Shown piece after piece: positions 35,419 through 47,800 of a stretch of 64,000 bases of DNA. The position numbers and the translations under genes were made by a program. This DNA is from Lama glama (Eukaryota), in contig CM052851.1 of assembly GCA_028534125.1 (NCBI GenBank), positions 26,350,001 through 26,414,000 of the forward strand, written 5' to 3'. A model generated the notes under the pieces. It saw only the letters and a list, made by a program, of their open reading frames with translations, had not been told where the DNA came from and searched no databases. The first letter of the stretch is position 1. Every line of letters starts with the position of its first letter.

Positions 35419-36229
35419 GATAACAAAGATAAATGTGGTATTTTAAGAAACTATAACTCAGAGACATTCTTGATATTTGGTAAAATTCATGTCAAGAATA
35501 TGGCAAACAAAGGGAATATCCACCTGGAAAGAAATGGACTGAATATAAAAGGAAAGGGAACATCCAGGGATAAATAAGGTCTAAGATTAGTGGGAATTCT
35601 TAGATTTGACTCTGAAAGCACAGTGAAGACTATTTCAGTAAGGCTAAAATGAGAAAGAAACAGAACTGATAGGTATGGAAGCCTGCCACTGCCTGTTTAA
35701 TCACATGGAAGTTACAGATAATTAATATTAATACTGTCTTAAAGTATACTAGCAGTCCTGAGTTTTCATAATTACATGTTGAGCTTTCTTTTCTTTTCTT
35801 TTTTTCAGTGGAGGTTTTCAGCAATGTAGTCACCTTTGCCCTTAACTACAGTGTTGGTGCAATTATTTGAATATTCTATTACATCTTGGTGATTATTTCT
35901 AAAATGTGATTGGGAAATAGAAAGGTTGATATCAGTAACACTAATAAGTAGTATATTTTTCATAAGCTTAGTGCAAATAACATCAAGATTGAAACCACAG
36001 GTTGTTTCAAAAATAGCAATTCTTTACCATCAATTCATTGGAGTAAGCTGTCGCATTGATGCTCAGTTGTAAAGGAAAAAAAAAGTAAAATATATAAAAA
36101 AGCAGAACCACCATCAACTTTTTTAAAAATAAAAGTTGTGGTATAATTAAGACTTTTTAAAAATTATTCTGGAAACAGGGTCATCCGTTGTAATGTCCAA
36201 GTCTACTATTTAATATCTATACCTCTGGT

Positions 36230-37460
36230 TTCCTGCACAGTCTGAGGGAAGTATCGTATGCTAAAATTTGGGCTGCCTCTGTGACAATGCTGGCACAGGG
36301 ACAAGCTCTGCATTGATGAGGAATCTCAACTCTCCTGACATCTACTAGAAATCCTTTACAGCTCAAAGTAAAATGGTTGAAAATTATTACTCACTGACAT
36401 TATCAGCTCTTAAGTGACAGAAACTACAGCAAAGAGACTGCTATTCTGGACCACCTTCTCTCTAACAAGGAATAACTGAATGGTTACCATGTCATCTTGG
36501 AATCTGTAATAAGGAAAAGAAACATAGGGCAGAGGCTGATGTGTGCTGAAGAATTTAAGAAAACAAATGTCAAAGCTTCAAAGGAAAGGAAGGAGTTATA
36601 GCATGGGGGTGGGGGGAAGTAAGGAGCTCAGATGACAGACTCAAGAAAAATGTAGGTTTGAATCTCAGGTGTGCCACTTGCTAGCTGTGTGACATTGAGC
36701 AAGATATTTAACCTCTCTAAATCTCAGCTCTCCTTTGCAAAGTGAGGATGGTAAAGAAGAACACAAAGTGTCTGTGAAAATTACTTAACCTCTAAGCTTC
36801 TTAATAAAAAGAAAACAAAACAGTGATAGGAATTATATATCCCACATAGGTTTGTTGAGATAATTAACTAAGAAAATTCATGTAAAATACATAACACTGT
36901 GTTTAGTAAATAGGAAGCATTTTTAAAAAATGCACACACATTATATTTTATGGACTCCAAAATCCTAAGAAAGTGAGAGATTCATGAAAGAAACCAGCTA
37001 TCTCAGTTTTTAAATGAATAGGAAGTGGATTAAAGGAGGACATGACTAAGAATGAACACCAAAGGCTGTCACAAACCTCTAAGTATGGAGTTTTAAAAGG
37101 GTAGTGCTGTGGAGTAAATGAAGTTATATTTCTAAAGACAAAACTTCTTCAGCTACATTTTATAGGAAGAAGATGTGGAACAGAATGCATGTACCCTTTG
37201 GGGACTATTATGCAAAGTTACCAGGTGAAAAAGAGATGGCAGAGCTGAGTGATTTCTATTTGAAGTCTACATTTCCCAGCAAGAAGAATGGTCCTCGACT
37301 GGAAAGGAAAGAGGGAGTCACACAGGTACGTACCAAAAGATAGGTTAGAAGAGAGAACGGAAGACAGTATTTTACTATTTTACATGGATTCAAATCTCCA
37401 GATCTATAGACTAGGTGTCCCAGATTTTTCCTGGGATCATAAATGCAATTGCTTGACATA
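36230..37460 (+). mobile_element. CR1/L3 LINE ORF2 fossil (endonuclease and linker), interrupted by a MIR
   Basis: manual translations MRNLNSPDIY*K (36316), TAILDHLLSNKE*L (36437), YHVILES (36485) and FKSPD (37389) match CR1 motifs MGDFNYPDICWK, AILDLILTNKEEL, SDHVILEF and FKSPGPD in order. Confidence 0.75.
36620..36920 (+). mobile_element. MIR SINE
   Basis: gtaggtttgaatctcaggtgtgccacttgctagctgtgtgacattgagcaagatatttaacctctctaaatctcag. Confidence 0.85.
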
Positions 37461-38199
37461 AAAGGATTTGTTATAGCAATGAAGATCTGCAATTATTTTG
37501 ACAAAGAAACATTGATACAGAGATAGAGATATGCTTATGTAAATAAATTGGCCATCCACATCCCTAGAGATTTATTGGGCTTTATAAATCATACATAGTT
37601 TACTTTGATGCATTCTTGTGCAGAATATTTAATTACGTAAGCCAAATAAGATGCTGCTGAAGCCAGTCAACCATTAGTAGATATCAGCCATTACAAAAAT
37701 TTGCTTAATCCTTCCGAAAACTGACAAGTAGGTCAATGAAACTAATTCTTAATCATTCAACAAGGATTTGACCATTTATTATGTGCCTAGTGAAAGGTGA
37801 TTTCTTCTTTTTATATAGTGAGGAAGACAATCATGTGAGCAGGATGAAGTTCAAAACATAGTTTGAAATACTAATCATAGGTTCAAGGAAACTGCTACAG
37901 GCACACAAAGAGAAGAAACAATAATTTTGAGTTGAGAAATCAAAAAAAGGGAAGGAGTGTAGGCAGGGTTACTACTAAAAACATGTAACAACTTACAAGA
38001 TACCACTGATCAGAACGGACCTCTGAGAAATCAGAATAGACTCAGGCATTAAGTATCCAGTACGGTGATAACAGCAGTTGCCAGCTGAAGCGTTCCCCAG
38101 GTTTAGAGGAGGGTGGGTCTCAAAAAGGCTGAGCCTCAGTTGATTTGTGGAATTTTAATAGGGGTGGAATGGCAGGAATAAAAACTCTAATCTAAAGGA

Positions 38200-38870
38200 A
38201 TAAAACATTGGGCCAAAGAAAACTGGATTACATAATGTGAAATCAAGTGGATTGATTAGACTGGTGTGGCTGATGAGTATAATTTGTGCAAAGGCATACA
38301 GGGAGATGTGGCTTGGAAAGCTACTGAAGATCATTGATGGCTTTAAATACCAGAATAGGAAGTTTGGGTTTAATTCTATAATAACCACAATAATAGTTAT
38401 GATTTATTGAGCACATGCTATATAATGGAAACTTTATATGCATTATCTCATTTAATTCTTGCAATAACCCTATGAGAAAAATACAATTTTGACCTTCCCT
38501 TTACAAACTGAGGCTTAAAGAGGTTTATAAACATACCCAAGTTCACATAGCTAGTTAAGTGTTAGAATTTAGATTCAAATCCAAAGATCTCTAAATCCAA
38601 ACCCATAGCCAAAATGACTAAGCTCTACAATCTTAATTGTGGAGAAAATGGGAGTGGTGAGCACTTTTTAAGAGGGAGATATGATTAAAATTCTGTTTCT
38701 GGAAGAAAAATATGGTGGCAATGGATTTCCCCGAAAAGTGAGAAATTGATAGTGAGAAGCCTAGTTAGAAAGTTATTAGTTCAGGTGAGGGACATGAGGG
38801 CCTGAATGAGGACAATAACATTAAAGAAAGGGGGATAGATAAAGATACTGCAAAGGGAGAATTAGGAGAG
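38200..38870 (-). mobile_element. L2 fragment with a nested antisense MIR (about 38390-38630)
   Basis: L2: aagatcattgatggctttaaataccag...agttagaaagttattagttcaggtgagggacatgagggcctga; MIR: tgcattatctcatttaattcttgcaataaccctatgag. Confidence 0.75.
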
Positions 38871-38875
38871 CTTAA

Positions 38876-40146
38876 TGTATTTGTTTTCTATGCTGTGTAA
38901 CAAATTAACACAAACCTAGTCTCTTAAAACAACATATACTTATTATCTCAGTTTCTCTGGGCCATGAGTCTGAGACAGCTTAACTAGGTCTCTGCTCAGA
39001 GTCTCACAAGACTGCAGTCAAGGTGTCACTTGGTCTATGTTCTTTTTTTAATTTTTATTGAAGTATAGTCAATTGCAACGTGTCTGTCTCTGGTTGTACA
39101 GCACAATATCCCAGTCATGGATATACATACATATATTCATTTTCATGGTTTTTTTCATTAAAGGTTATTACGAGACATTGAACATAGTTCCCTGTGCTAT
39201 ACAAAAGAAACTTTATTTGAAATCTATTTTTATATATAGTGGCTAACATTCGTAAATCTCAAACTCCCAAATTTACCTCCTCCCACCCCCTTTCTCTGGT
39301 AACCATGATTGCTTACTAAGTCTGTGAGTCTGTTCTGTTTTGTAGATGAGTTTATACTGTCCCTTCTTTTTTTTTTTTTAGATACCACATATAAGTGATA
39401 TCATATGGTATTTTCCTTTCTCTTTCTGGCTTACTTCACTTACAATGATGCTCTCTAGGTCCATCCATGTTGCTGCAAATGGCATTTTTTGTTCTTTTTT
39501 ATGACAGAGTAGTATTCTATAGTATAAATATACCACAACTTCTTTATCCAGTCATCTGTTGATGGACGTTTAGGTTGCTTCCATGTCTTGGCTGTTGTAT
39601 GTAGTCCTGCTATGAACATTGGAGTGCATGTATCTCTTTGACTTAAAGTTCCCTCTGGGTATACACTTGGTCTATGTTCTTATCTGGAGGCTTGACTGGG
39701 AAAGACTCTACTTCTAAGCTCATTTGGATCGTTGGCAGAATTCATTTCTTTGTGGTTATATGACCGAGTTCCCAATTTTCTTGGCAGTAGGAAACACCTC
39801 TCAATTACAAGAGGTCACTCTCAGATCTTTGCCACAGGATTCCTCTTCTCACAACACTGCAGCTTACTTCTTCAAGACCAGCAGAAGAATCTCCTGCTGC
39901 TTCTAGTCTCTGATTTCAAGGTCAGGCCATCCCAGGATAATCCCTTTCAAGTAACTCAAAAACAACTGATGAGGGACCTTAATCTCATCTGCAAAATCCC
40001 TTTCGCTTTGCCATATAGTGTAATCTGTTCACTGGAGTGACATCTATCATATTCCCAGGTCCTACCCACACCCAAGGGAAAAGGATCACAAAGGAAGTGT
40101 TAACCAGAGGATAGGAGTCCTGGGCCTGCCTTATTTGCCTACCACA
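38876..40146 (-). mobile_element. MaLR solo LTR (MLT1E-like) split by an L1 insertion
   Basis: tgtatttgttttctatgctgtgtaacaaatt...gttggcagaattcatttc...gccttatttgcctaccaca; TG...CA ends; 5-bp flanks cttaa/tttaa. Confidence 0.85.
39045..39663 (-). mobile_element. Young 5'-truncated L1 with a perfect 18-bp TSD
   Basis: cacttggtctatgttctt at both 39027-39044 and 39664-39681; L1 3' UTR attgaagtatagtc...gttccctgtgctatac...tccatccatgttgctgcaaatggca. Confidence 0.95.
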
Positions 40147-40859
40147 TTTAACAGCTGATTTGACACAAGGAGACAAAGATTACTCAAAGATTTTAGCCTG
40201 AGTAATTAAGAGGATAATGATGTCATTAAGTGATATGACACATAAAAGAAAAAGAGGTTTAATGGAAAGATCATGAATCTTGCTTGGGATTGCCATCCTG
40301 GGGTGTCTGCAGTACATCCGTTTGTCCTAAACCAATTGCATCAATTTGTTTCAACAGTATCTAATGTTTTATTAAACAGTGTGGAAAGGAGGGGCTTCTT
40401 ACATCTGGAAGTGATTCTATCACAAAGTACACAATTTTTTTTTAATGTTACAAATGACTATGAACTTGAGAATCAGTTAGCAAGTTGATTATGTTTTAGA
40501 TTCATGGCTTCTTTTTATCTCAGCAACCAATCACAGAGATTTTTTTTTTAATTGAGTTGTTTTGATAAATGCTCCTTTCAGGCTCTGTTATTTCTGAGAA
40601 ATAGCCAAACATCTTTTTTCCACCATTCATGTTTATCTTAAAATATATCCAGTAATAGCTGAATGAGTAGTTCAGCAAGCAGACAAATGAAGTACTCGAC
40701 CAAAGAAATAATAGGGTTAGTGCTAATATAACTTAGAATAAATAATCTAAATTCTCATTCTAAACTATCTGAATTATCCCATGGTTTTAGGGTTAATGTA
40801 GATCACATGTTCCCCAGCACATAGTGAAATGCAGAAGATTATTGTTTGGCATAGTGTAG

Positions 40860-41090
40860 AAAGGAAATATTTACCCAGTGTCTTCCTCGTGCCAAGTCCT
40901 ATGCTAGAACTATGACACATTTCATTCTAACAACTCTGAAATGAGGATAATATCAACCTCATTTTCTTTGTAGATAAGGCCATTGAGGCTGAGAAGTCAA
41001 GCATTTCACCCCAGCTAGGAAGTGGGAATAGCCAGATTTCAGACACAAATTTATCTTATTCTTCAGGTCTTATTCTTTCCACTATTAATC
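40860..41090 (-). mobile_element. MIR
   Basis: gtgccaagtcctatgctag...ctaacaactctgaaatgagg...gtagataaggccattgaggctgagaagtcaag...cagctaggaagtgg. Confidence 0.75.
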
Positions 41091-41209
41091 TTTTTTCAAT
41101 TCTCAGATTAGCTGTAACTTCCCCTAAGAAGCCTTGCCTGACCACCCACTAGCTCCGTCAAGACTATGCTAGCTGCACAGTTCCCATCGCCATGTTTGCC
41201 CACAAACCA

Positions 41210-41420
41210 GCTAGTGTCAAAGTGCTTGAGTCCTTTGACTTCTCGGACAGAATCCAGATCCCAAACTTCAGCTCTACACTTGCCTAGTGTGCAAACTTGC
41301 AAAACTGACTAAGCCTCTAGCTTTTCACTTGTGAAATAGGAACAATATTAGTACCTGGCTCAGGGGATAGTTGTGAGAATGACTTAATGAACATAAATCC
41401 TTATTATTGTTATCATTATC
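41210..41420 (+). mobile_element. MIR
   Basis: ggacagaatccagatcccaaacttcagctct...cttgtgaaatagggaacaatattagtacctggctcaggggatagttgtgagaat. Confidence 0.75.
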
Positions 41421-41720
41421 CTCGTAAGATGTTATTCCACTCACTCTACAGGGTTGCGGCCGCCTGTTTACTCTTCTGTATTTCACACTGGACTACAGAA
41501 ATCATCCTTTAGACAGAGGCTGCATCTTGTTAGCTGTGATTTCAGCAGAGCCTAGCATAGTAGCTAACTGCCACGTGGCTTGAACTCCAAAACTTCTGCG
41601 GATGGAGAAAGGAAGACAGGAAGAGAGGGGAAGAAGGAGGAGGGAAGGAAGGAAGGAAGGCAGGCAGGCTTCTCATTATATAGGTATTCTTGCTTTTCCT
41701 TGGCATAGGAATAAAGGCAT

Positions 41721-42337
41721 GAACTGCCATCTCTCTTGCAGCATTATTCACAATATGGAAACCACCTAAGTATCGACCAACAGATGACTGGATGAAGGGG
41801 ATGTGGTCTATATATCCATGCAATGGATACTCTTCAGCCATGAAAAAGATGGAGCTCCTCCCATTTGCAACAACATGGATGCAACTCGAGGGTATTATGT
41901 TAAGTGAAATAAGTCTGACTGAGAAAGACAAATACTGAAGACTGTATGACATCACTTACATGTGGAATCTAAAAAAGCCAAAACCATAGAAACATAGAAA
42001 AGAGTGATGGTTACCAGGGCTGAGGGGTGAGGGGAATGGGAAGATGTCGGTCAAAAGTACGAAGTTCTAGTTATAAAATGAATAGGGTCTAGGGATCTAA
42101 TGTACAGCATGGTGCTTGTGCTTGATAATCTTGTATTATATGCTTAAAAGTTGCTGAGAGTAGATCTTAAATATTCTCACCGCAAAAAAAAGTAATTATG
42201 TGACATGGTAAAGGTGTTAGTTAGCTAAGCTACAGCAGTGATCAATTTACAATATGTAAATGTATCAAAGCAACAGGTTGTACACCTTAGACTTACACAA
42301 TGTTATAGGTCAATTATATGTAAATAAAGCTGAAAAA
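41721..42337 (+). mobile_element. L1 3' end (L1MA9-like) with an 11-bp TSD
   Basis: gcagcattattcacaata...ccatttgcaacaacatggatg...aataaagctgaaaaaaa; aataaaggcat at 41710-41720 and 42338-42348. Confidence 0.92.
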
Positions 42338-42721
42338 AATAAAGGCATTAGAATGTATGCAGATGAAAATGAACAACTACTTCTCTTGAATTATATTTAA
42401 GGATCAGAAACCTTAGAAAGTGGAGTTCATTACAACATCCTTAATTCCACGTGTGGCCTGGAAATCCCAACACTTAAATCGTGCCTGGAAAAAGCCAAAG
42501 GCAGTCCCTTAACAAATGAGTGTCCTCCTGCCTCAGGACAAAACCTCGCCACCCTCACCCCTACAACCGGAGAGTAATATGCTCCATTTAAATGACCTCC
42601 CTCTGGCTTCAAAACCACCCACAGGACAGTAGCCAATCTCCAGCCACCACTGACTTGTATTGCTATTAAAGATGCCCCAGGTTTCCACTGTTTTTTTTTT
42701 TTAGTGTCAAATAACCAATTG

Positions 42722-43037
42722 TTTTAATTTAGACATAGTTGACATATAACATTGTATACGTTTAAGGTGTACAGACGAGTTGATTTGATACGTGTATGTA
42801 TTGCAATAGGACTACAGTTTTACCACTGTAGCATTAGGTGTTAAGAACATTTAAGGTCTAGTTTCTTAGAACCTCTGAAGTATACAATATGGGATTACTG
42901 ACTATAATCACTATGCTGTGCACTAGATCTCCAGAACTTATTTATCCTCTAACTGCAACTTTGTACACTTTGGCCAGCATCTCCCCAAAGTCACACCCAC
43001 AAGGTCCTGGTAACCGCCATTCTACTGTTTCTATGTG
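42722..43037 (-). mobile_element. L1 3' end (L1MA9-like)
   Basis: ttgacatataacattgtatacgtttaaggtgtaca...actataatcactatgctgtgcactagatctccagaactt. Confidence 0.88.
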
Positions 43038-44759
43038 CTTGGCTTCCCACTTTTAATTTGCTCCAACTCAGCTACACCTAGTTCTACTTTGTCACCTTCA
43101 GCTCCTAACAGGTCAGTGCCTGTTTTTATTCTTCTGGGAAGAAGAGAACATTTGGATTTCACTGCATATGACTTGTACCTATTTGAAGCCCTGCACTCAA
43201 GTGAGAACAATATATCCAAACAAGCATGTTTAATGAATATAGGGTCAACTAGTCTGGGCACTTGTGCACCATGGTCATGAAAGAGGATTCTTCATATTCT
43301 TCACATTTCTTGTCATAAAACCAAAGTCACAGGTAGAAATGCAAATTAGGCGGAGTAACTACAGGAAAGAGAGATGAGTATAAAGCCCTATTCATTTGTG
43401 ATGCAAAAATCCATTACTAGGAGCAAATCTCCTCAGACAGCCTTGTGGATACTGCATAATTCACCAAGCCCAGCTCTACTTAGGAAGTGATGGTTAAATA
43501 TTGAAAATCTGATTGGGAGACGGAGGTGGCTTCCTGTTCTTTCCTGTAATTGCTGTGTCTGATTTTTCTCACGAACAATGTATCACTGGAATTTTTGACT
43601 ATGATGGAGTGTACACCCCCCCACCCCACCCTAGAGAGCCCTACCCTGAAGGCTAGGACTCCAGCTCCGCAGGAGGCATCTGATGGAGGACTTCATCTAT
43701 CTCCTCTGCACCTGTCATCCCCTCTCCCTTTGTCAAGCCCCAGGGTGTTGTGTGAAACTCACGAGCCTCCCCCTAGCCTGTCCCCCTCCACCCTACTGCC
43801 TCTTGTACATTACAGCAGCCTAATGAGTTGAAGAGACAGAGCCAGCCCAGGTTTCTTATTACAATCACATTCCATTTTCTTCAAATAAACCCAGCTCAGA
43901 ACAAAAGCAGGGCCTTCTGGGCACAGCCTTTGTTGTGAATGTTTAATCATAACATTTTGGTGGGGCCCAGAATATTATGATGATCGTTTTCAAGCAGTTT
44001 GTGATGTACGTGCTTAGCAGATGATGTAACTGCACGCAGCAGCCGTGCTTTTTACTATGACAGTGTACTCTACAAATGCAAACAGATGTATTTCCCACGG
44101 CCTTAGCCCCGACAGATAGAGTTGTTTTCTGGACTTCCGAGTTAACGTTTTCTGAGAGCTTCAAAATGCAGTCTCCTCAGGTTTCTCAGTATTTGCGCTT
44201 TTTACACTTTTTAACTATTTTGGGTGTCTCAGGAATGTGATAACACTAGTGAGATACTAGGGTAAGAAAAATAGTAAAAAGTTTATAGGCTCCAACTTCT
44301 TAAAAAGCTTATTTTAAACGTACTGGTTTCCCTTCAGTTTGGTTCTCAACTGACTAAAATGATAGGAAAGAGCTTTTCAAAGCATAACATTTTAGAAAAA
44401 AAAATATTCAAGGGACAAACACCTAGAATGAGGTGCTGTATGAGTATAGATGTGAAAACCTAGCAAGAAGAATTCATAGTGCGTTATGAGATCACTTTAC
44501 AAGCAAGTGGGATTTATCCTAAGAGAGCTGATATCTAAAGTCTGTTAGAACCATTCCCACCTCAAACTGTCTCAAGTACCCATTTCCTCTTTTGTGTTTT
44601 GTTCTCCTAAGGTCTAAGGGGACAAAAATAATGTTGAGTAGCTGGGAGAGCCCCTTATTTGTGCCTATGGGCACTTTCCCAGAAGATCCTTACTAGCAGG
44701 TAAGAGTAGTAGTTTTCAAGTCTTGAGACTGGAATATTTTCAAAAACTTGTTACAACTG

Positions 44760-44962
44760 ATTTTTTTAAATTAGAGTGTCTCATTTTAAAATAAGTTTAG
44801 GCTCACAAGAAATTCTAGAAACAGTACACAGAATCCTCATGTCCCTCACTTAGTTTCCCTTGATGATAATGTCTTTCATAACCATGGTGCATTGTCAAAA
44901 TGCTACCTGGGTGAAATACTATTCTCAAAAAAAAAAAAAAACCTATTTGGATTTCACCAGGT
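44760..44962 (-). mobile_element. Older L1 (L1MC/MD-like) 3' terminus
   Basis: aataagtttaggctcacaagaaatt...aacagtacacagaatcctcatgtccctcacttagtttccc. Confidence 0.65.
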
Positions 44963-44964
44963 TT

Positions 44965-45058
44965 TTTGGTCTGTTTTTGTTTTGTCTTTTTCTTTTTATT
45001 GAAGCATAGTTGATTTACAATGTTGTGTTAGTTTCAGGTGTACAGCAAAGTGATTCAG

Positions 45059-45089
<31 letters not shown>

Positions 45090-45509
45090 TACATATGTAT
45101 GTTCTTTTTCAGATTCTTTTCCATCATAGGTTATTACAAGCTACTGACTATAGTTCCCTGTGTTATACAATAGGTCTTTTTTGTTCATCTATTTTATATA
45201 TAATAGTGTGTATCTGTTAATCCCATACTCCCAATTTATCACTCCCCTATTTTCCCCTTTGGTGACCATAGTTTGTTTTCTATGTCTGTGAATCTATTTC
45301 TGGTTTGTAAAAAACTTTATTTGTATTATTTTTTTTTAGATTCCACATGTAACTGGTATCATATGATACTTGTCTTTCTCTGTCTGACTTACTTCACTTA
45401 GTATGGTAATCTCTAGGTCCATCCATGTTGCTGCAAATGGCATTTCATTCTTTTTTATGGCTTAGTAGTGTTCCTATATATATCTATATAGATAGATACA
45501 GATATAGAT

Positions 45510-45545
<36 letters not shown>

Positions 45546-46490
45546 GTAGCTGTTTTTATGACAGACTATGTGCAAATCATTTAAAATAGCCAAATATTCT
45601 AAAGTTGCTTTTCTTCATATTTTACTTAAGATTATCCATTTTTCTTTTTTTCAGGGGGTGGGGAATGTCAACTGGCTTCACTTTAAATTCATTCTCATTA
45701 AGTTCAAGTGGGCATTTATCTATTGATGGAGATTTAGGTCGCTTCCATGTCTTGGCTATTGTAAGTGAACATTGGGTTGCATGTATCTTTTCAAATTATT
45801 GTTTTTGTCTTTTATGGGTATGTGCCCAGGAATGGGATTGCTGGATCATATAGTAACTCTATTTTTAGGTTGTTAAGGAAGCTCCACACTGTTCTGCACA
45901 GTAGCTCCACCAATTTACATTCCCACCAACAATACAGGAAGGCTCCTTTTTCTTTACACCCTCTCCAGCATTTATTATTTGTAGACTTTGTAATTATGGT
46001 GTGAGGTGATACCTCATGGTAGTTTTGATTTGTACTTCTCTAATAATTAGTAATGTTGAGCATCATTTCATGTGATATTTGGCCAGCTGTATGTCTTCTT
46101 TGGAGGAATGCATATTTAGGTCTTCCCATTTTTTGACTAGCGTTTGTTTTTGATACTAAGCTGTATAAGCCATTTGTATATTTTGGAAATTAATCCCTTG
46201 TTGGTCACATCATTTGCAAATATTTTCTCCCATTCTGTAGAGTGTCTTTTTGTTTTGTTTATGATTTGCTGTGCAAAAACTTACAAGTTTAATTAGATCC
46301 CATTTGTTTATTTTTGCTTTTATTTCCATTACTCTAGGAGATGCATCCAAAAAAATATTGTTGCGATTTATGTCAAAGAGTGTTCTGCCTGTGTTTTCCT
46401 CTAGGAATTTTATAGTATCTGGTCTTACATTTAGGTCTTTATTTTTAGTTTGTTTTTGTATATGGTGTTAATGTTCTAATTTCATTCTTT
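44965..46490 (-). mobile_element. Relatively young L1 (3' UTR and ORF2 end) containing microsatellites and a non-L1 insert
   Basis: attgaagcatagttgatttacaatgttgtgttagtttcaggtgtacagc...ccaatttacattcccaccaac...ttttcctctaggaattttatagtatctgg. Confidence 0.93.
45475..45549 (+). repeat. (TAGA)n / (TA)n microsatellite
   Basis: read directly. Confidence 0.95.
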
Positions 46491-46979
46491 CAACACAATA
46501 AGATTTAATGTATTACTACATTTATTTAGATTTATAGAGTAAGTCAGGAAAAACAGTATTATTTCCACTGGGGAGGCCCTGAAGCTATATATGTACACAG
46601 CTTCTTGTTCTCCTTTTATGTAAACAAAACGTGTGCAGCAAATAGGGATCACTTCAACATGTGTGTGGTTAATTTGGCACAGAGAAGCCACTGCCTTGGT
46701 TTCCCAGCTACCTGCTATATTGTTCCCATCACACAGGCCCAAAGCTTGTACGCCCACTTATAGCAACCTCAGTCCAGATGTATTCCCACCAGTCAAGAAT
46801 TTGATAGTAAATAAGGCAGATTATTTTCTCTTAACATGTAACATTCCACATTTATCTTAATTCAGCATGTATCCAAAGGAATGATACTATGAGAAGACAT
46901 AACTGAGACATAAAAACTTTTCTTCTTCCCGGGAAAGCCTTATTACATTGAGGTCTCAGGACTGATGCTAATATTTCAC

Positions 46980-47800
46980 TCTCAGATTGTTTAGCCAGGC
47001 ATAAGATTCTAGACTGAGAGTGATTTTCCCTCAGCAATTTGTAACTATTACTCCATTGTCACCTGGGATCGATAGTTGCTGATGGGAAGTCAGCTGCCTG
47101 CCTAATGATCATTTCTTTAAGAATCTGATTTTTCTAATAGATTTTACTATTTTCTCTGTTTGTTTTTTTTAAAATTTCATTATGCTGCATCTAAGCATGT
47201 ATTTGTTTTTATATATCCTTCTTAGAAGCTGGGTTACATTTTTCATCTGAGGATTTGTGTCTTCAACACTGAAAAATGCTTAGCCAGCATCTCTTCCACT
47301 ATTGCTTCACCCGTTTCTCTGCTCTAGTTCTTTGGAGCTTCTACTAGACCTCAGTTTCACCTCCACAATCTATCCTCTGTTTCTTCAAACTACTTTTTCT
47401 CAAGTTTCTCAGCTCTGCTTTTTTGATTTACTAATTATCTCTTTGACTGTGTCCTCTCTAAAGGTTATGCCATCTTAGTTCCAGAGTTTCTAATAGGCTG
47501 TTTTTAGATCTGCCTATTATTGTTTTATTTCTGCAAGTTTGTTCAATATTTTCTTATTCTTCATTGTAGTTGTTTTCTTTATCTTGTTGGTGAGAGTCCA
47601 TAAATAGCTGATCATAAAAAACTTTTTCAGATTGTTCAATAATTTTCACTTCATCTGAAAAGGAGTTAATAATTTGTTAATAAATTATAAATTATTGATA
47701 TTTTATAGCTGTCTTTTCCTAACATATTTTTCCTCATGACTTATGGAATTTAGATTTTCAGGTTTATCTTGAGTAGAAGTAAGTTTTGTCAATATTTAGG
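46980..47800 (-). mobile_element. Ancient L1M/HAL1-type ORF1 region
   Basis: ggcataagattctagactgagagtgattttccctcagca...gttgctgatgggaagtcag...atttgtgtcttcaacactgaaaaat. Confidence 0.65.
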
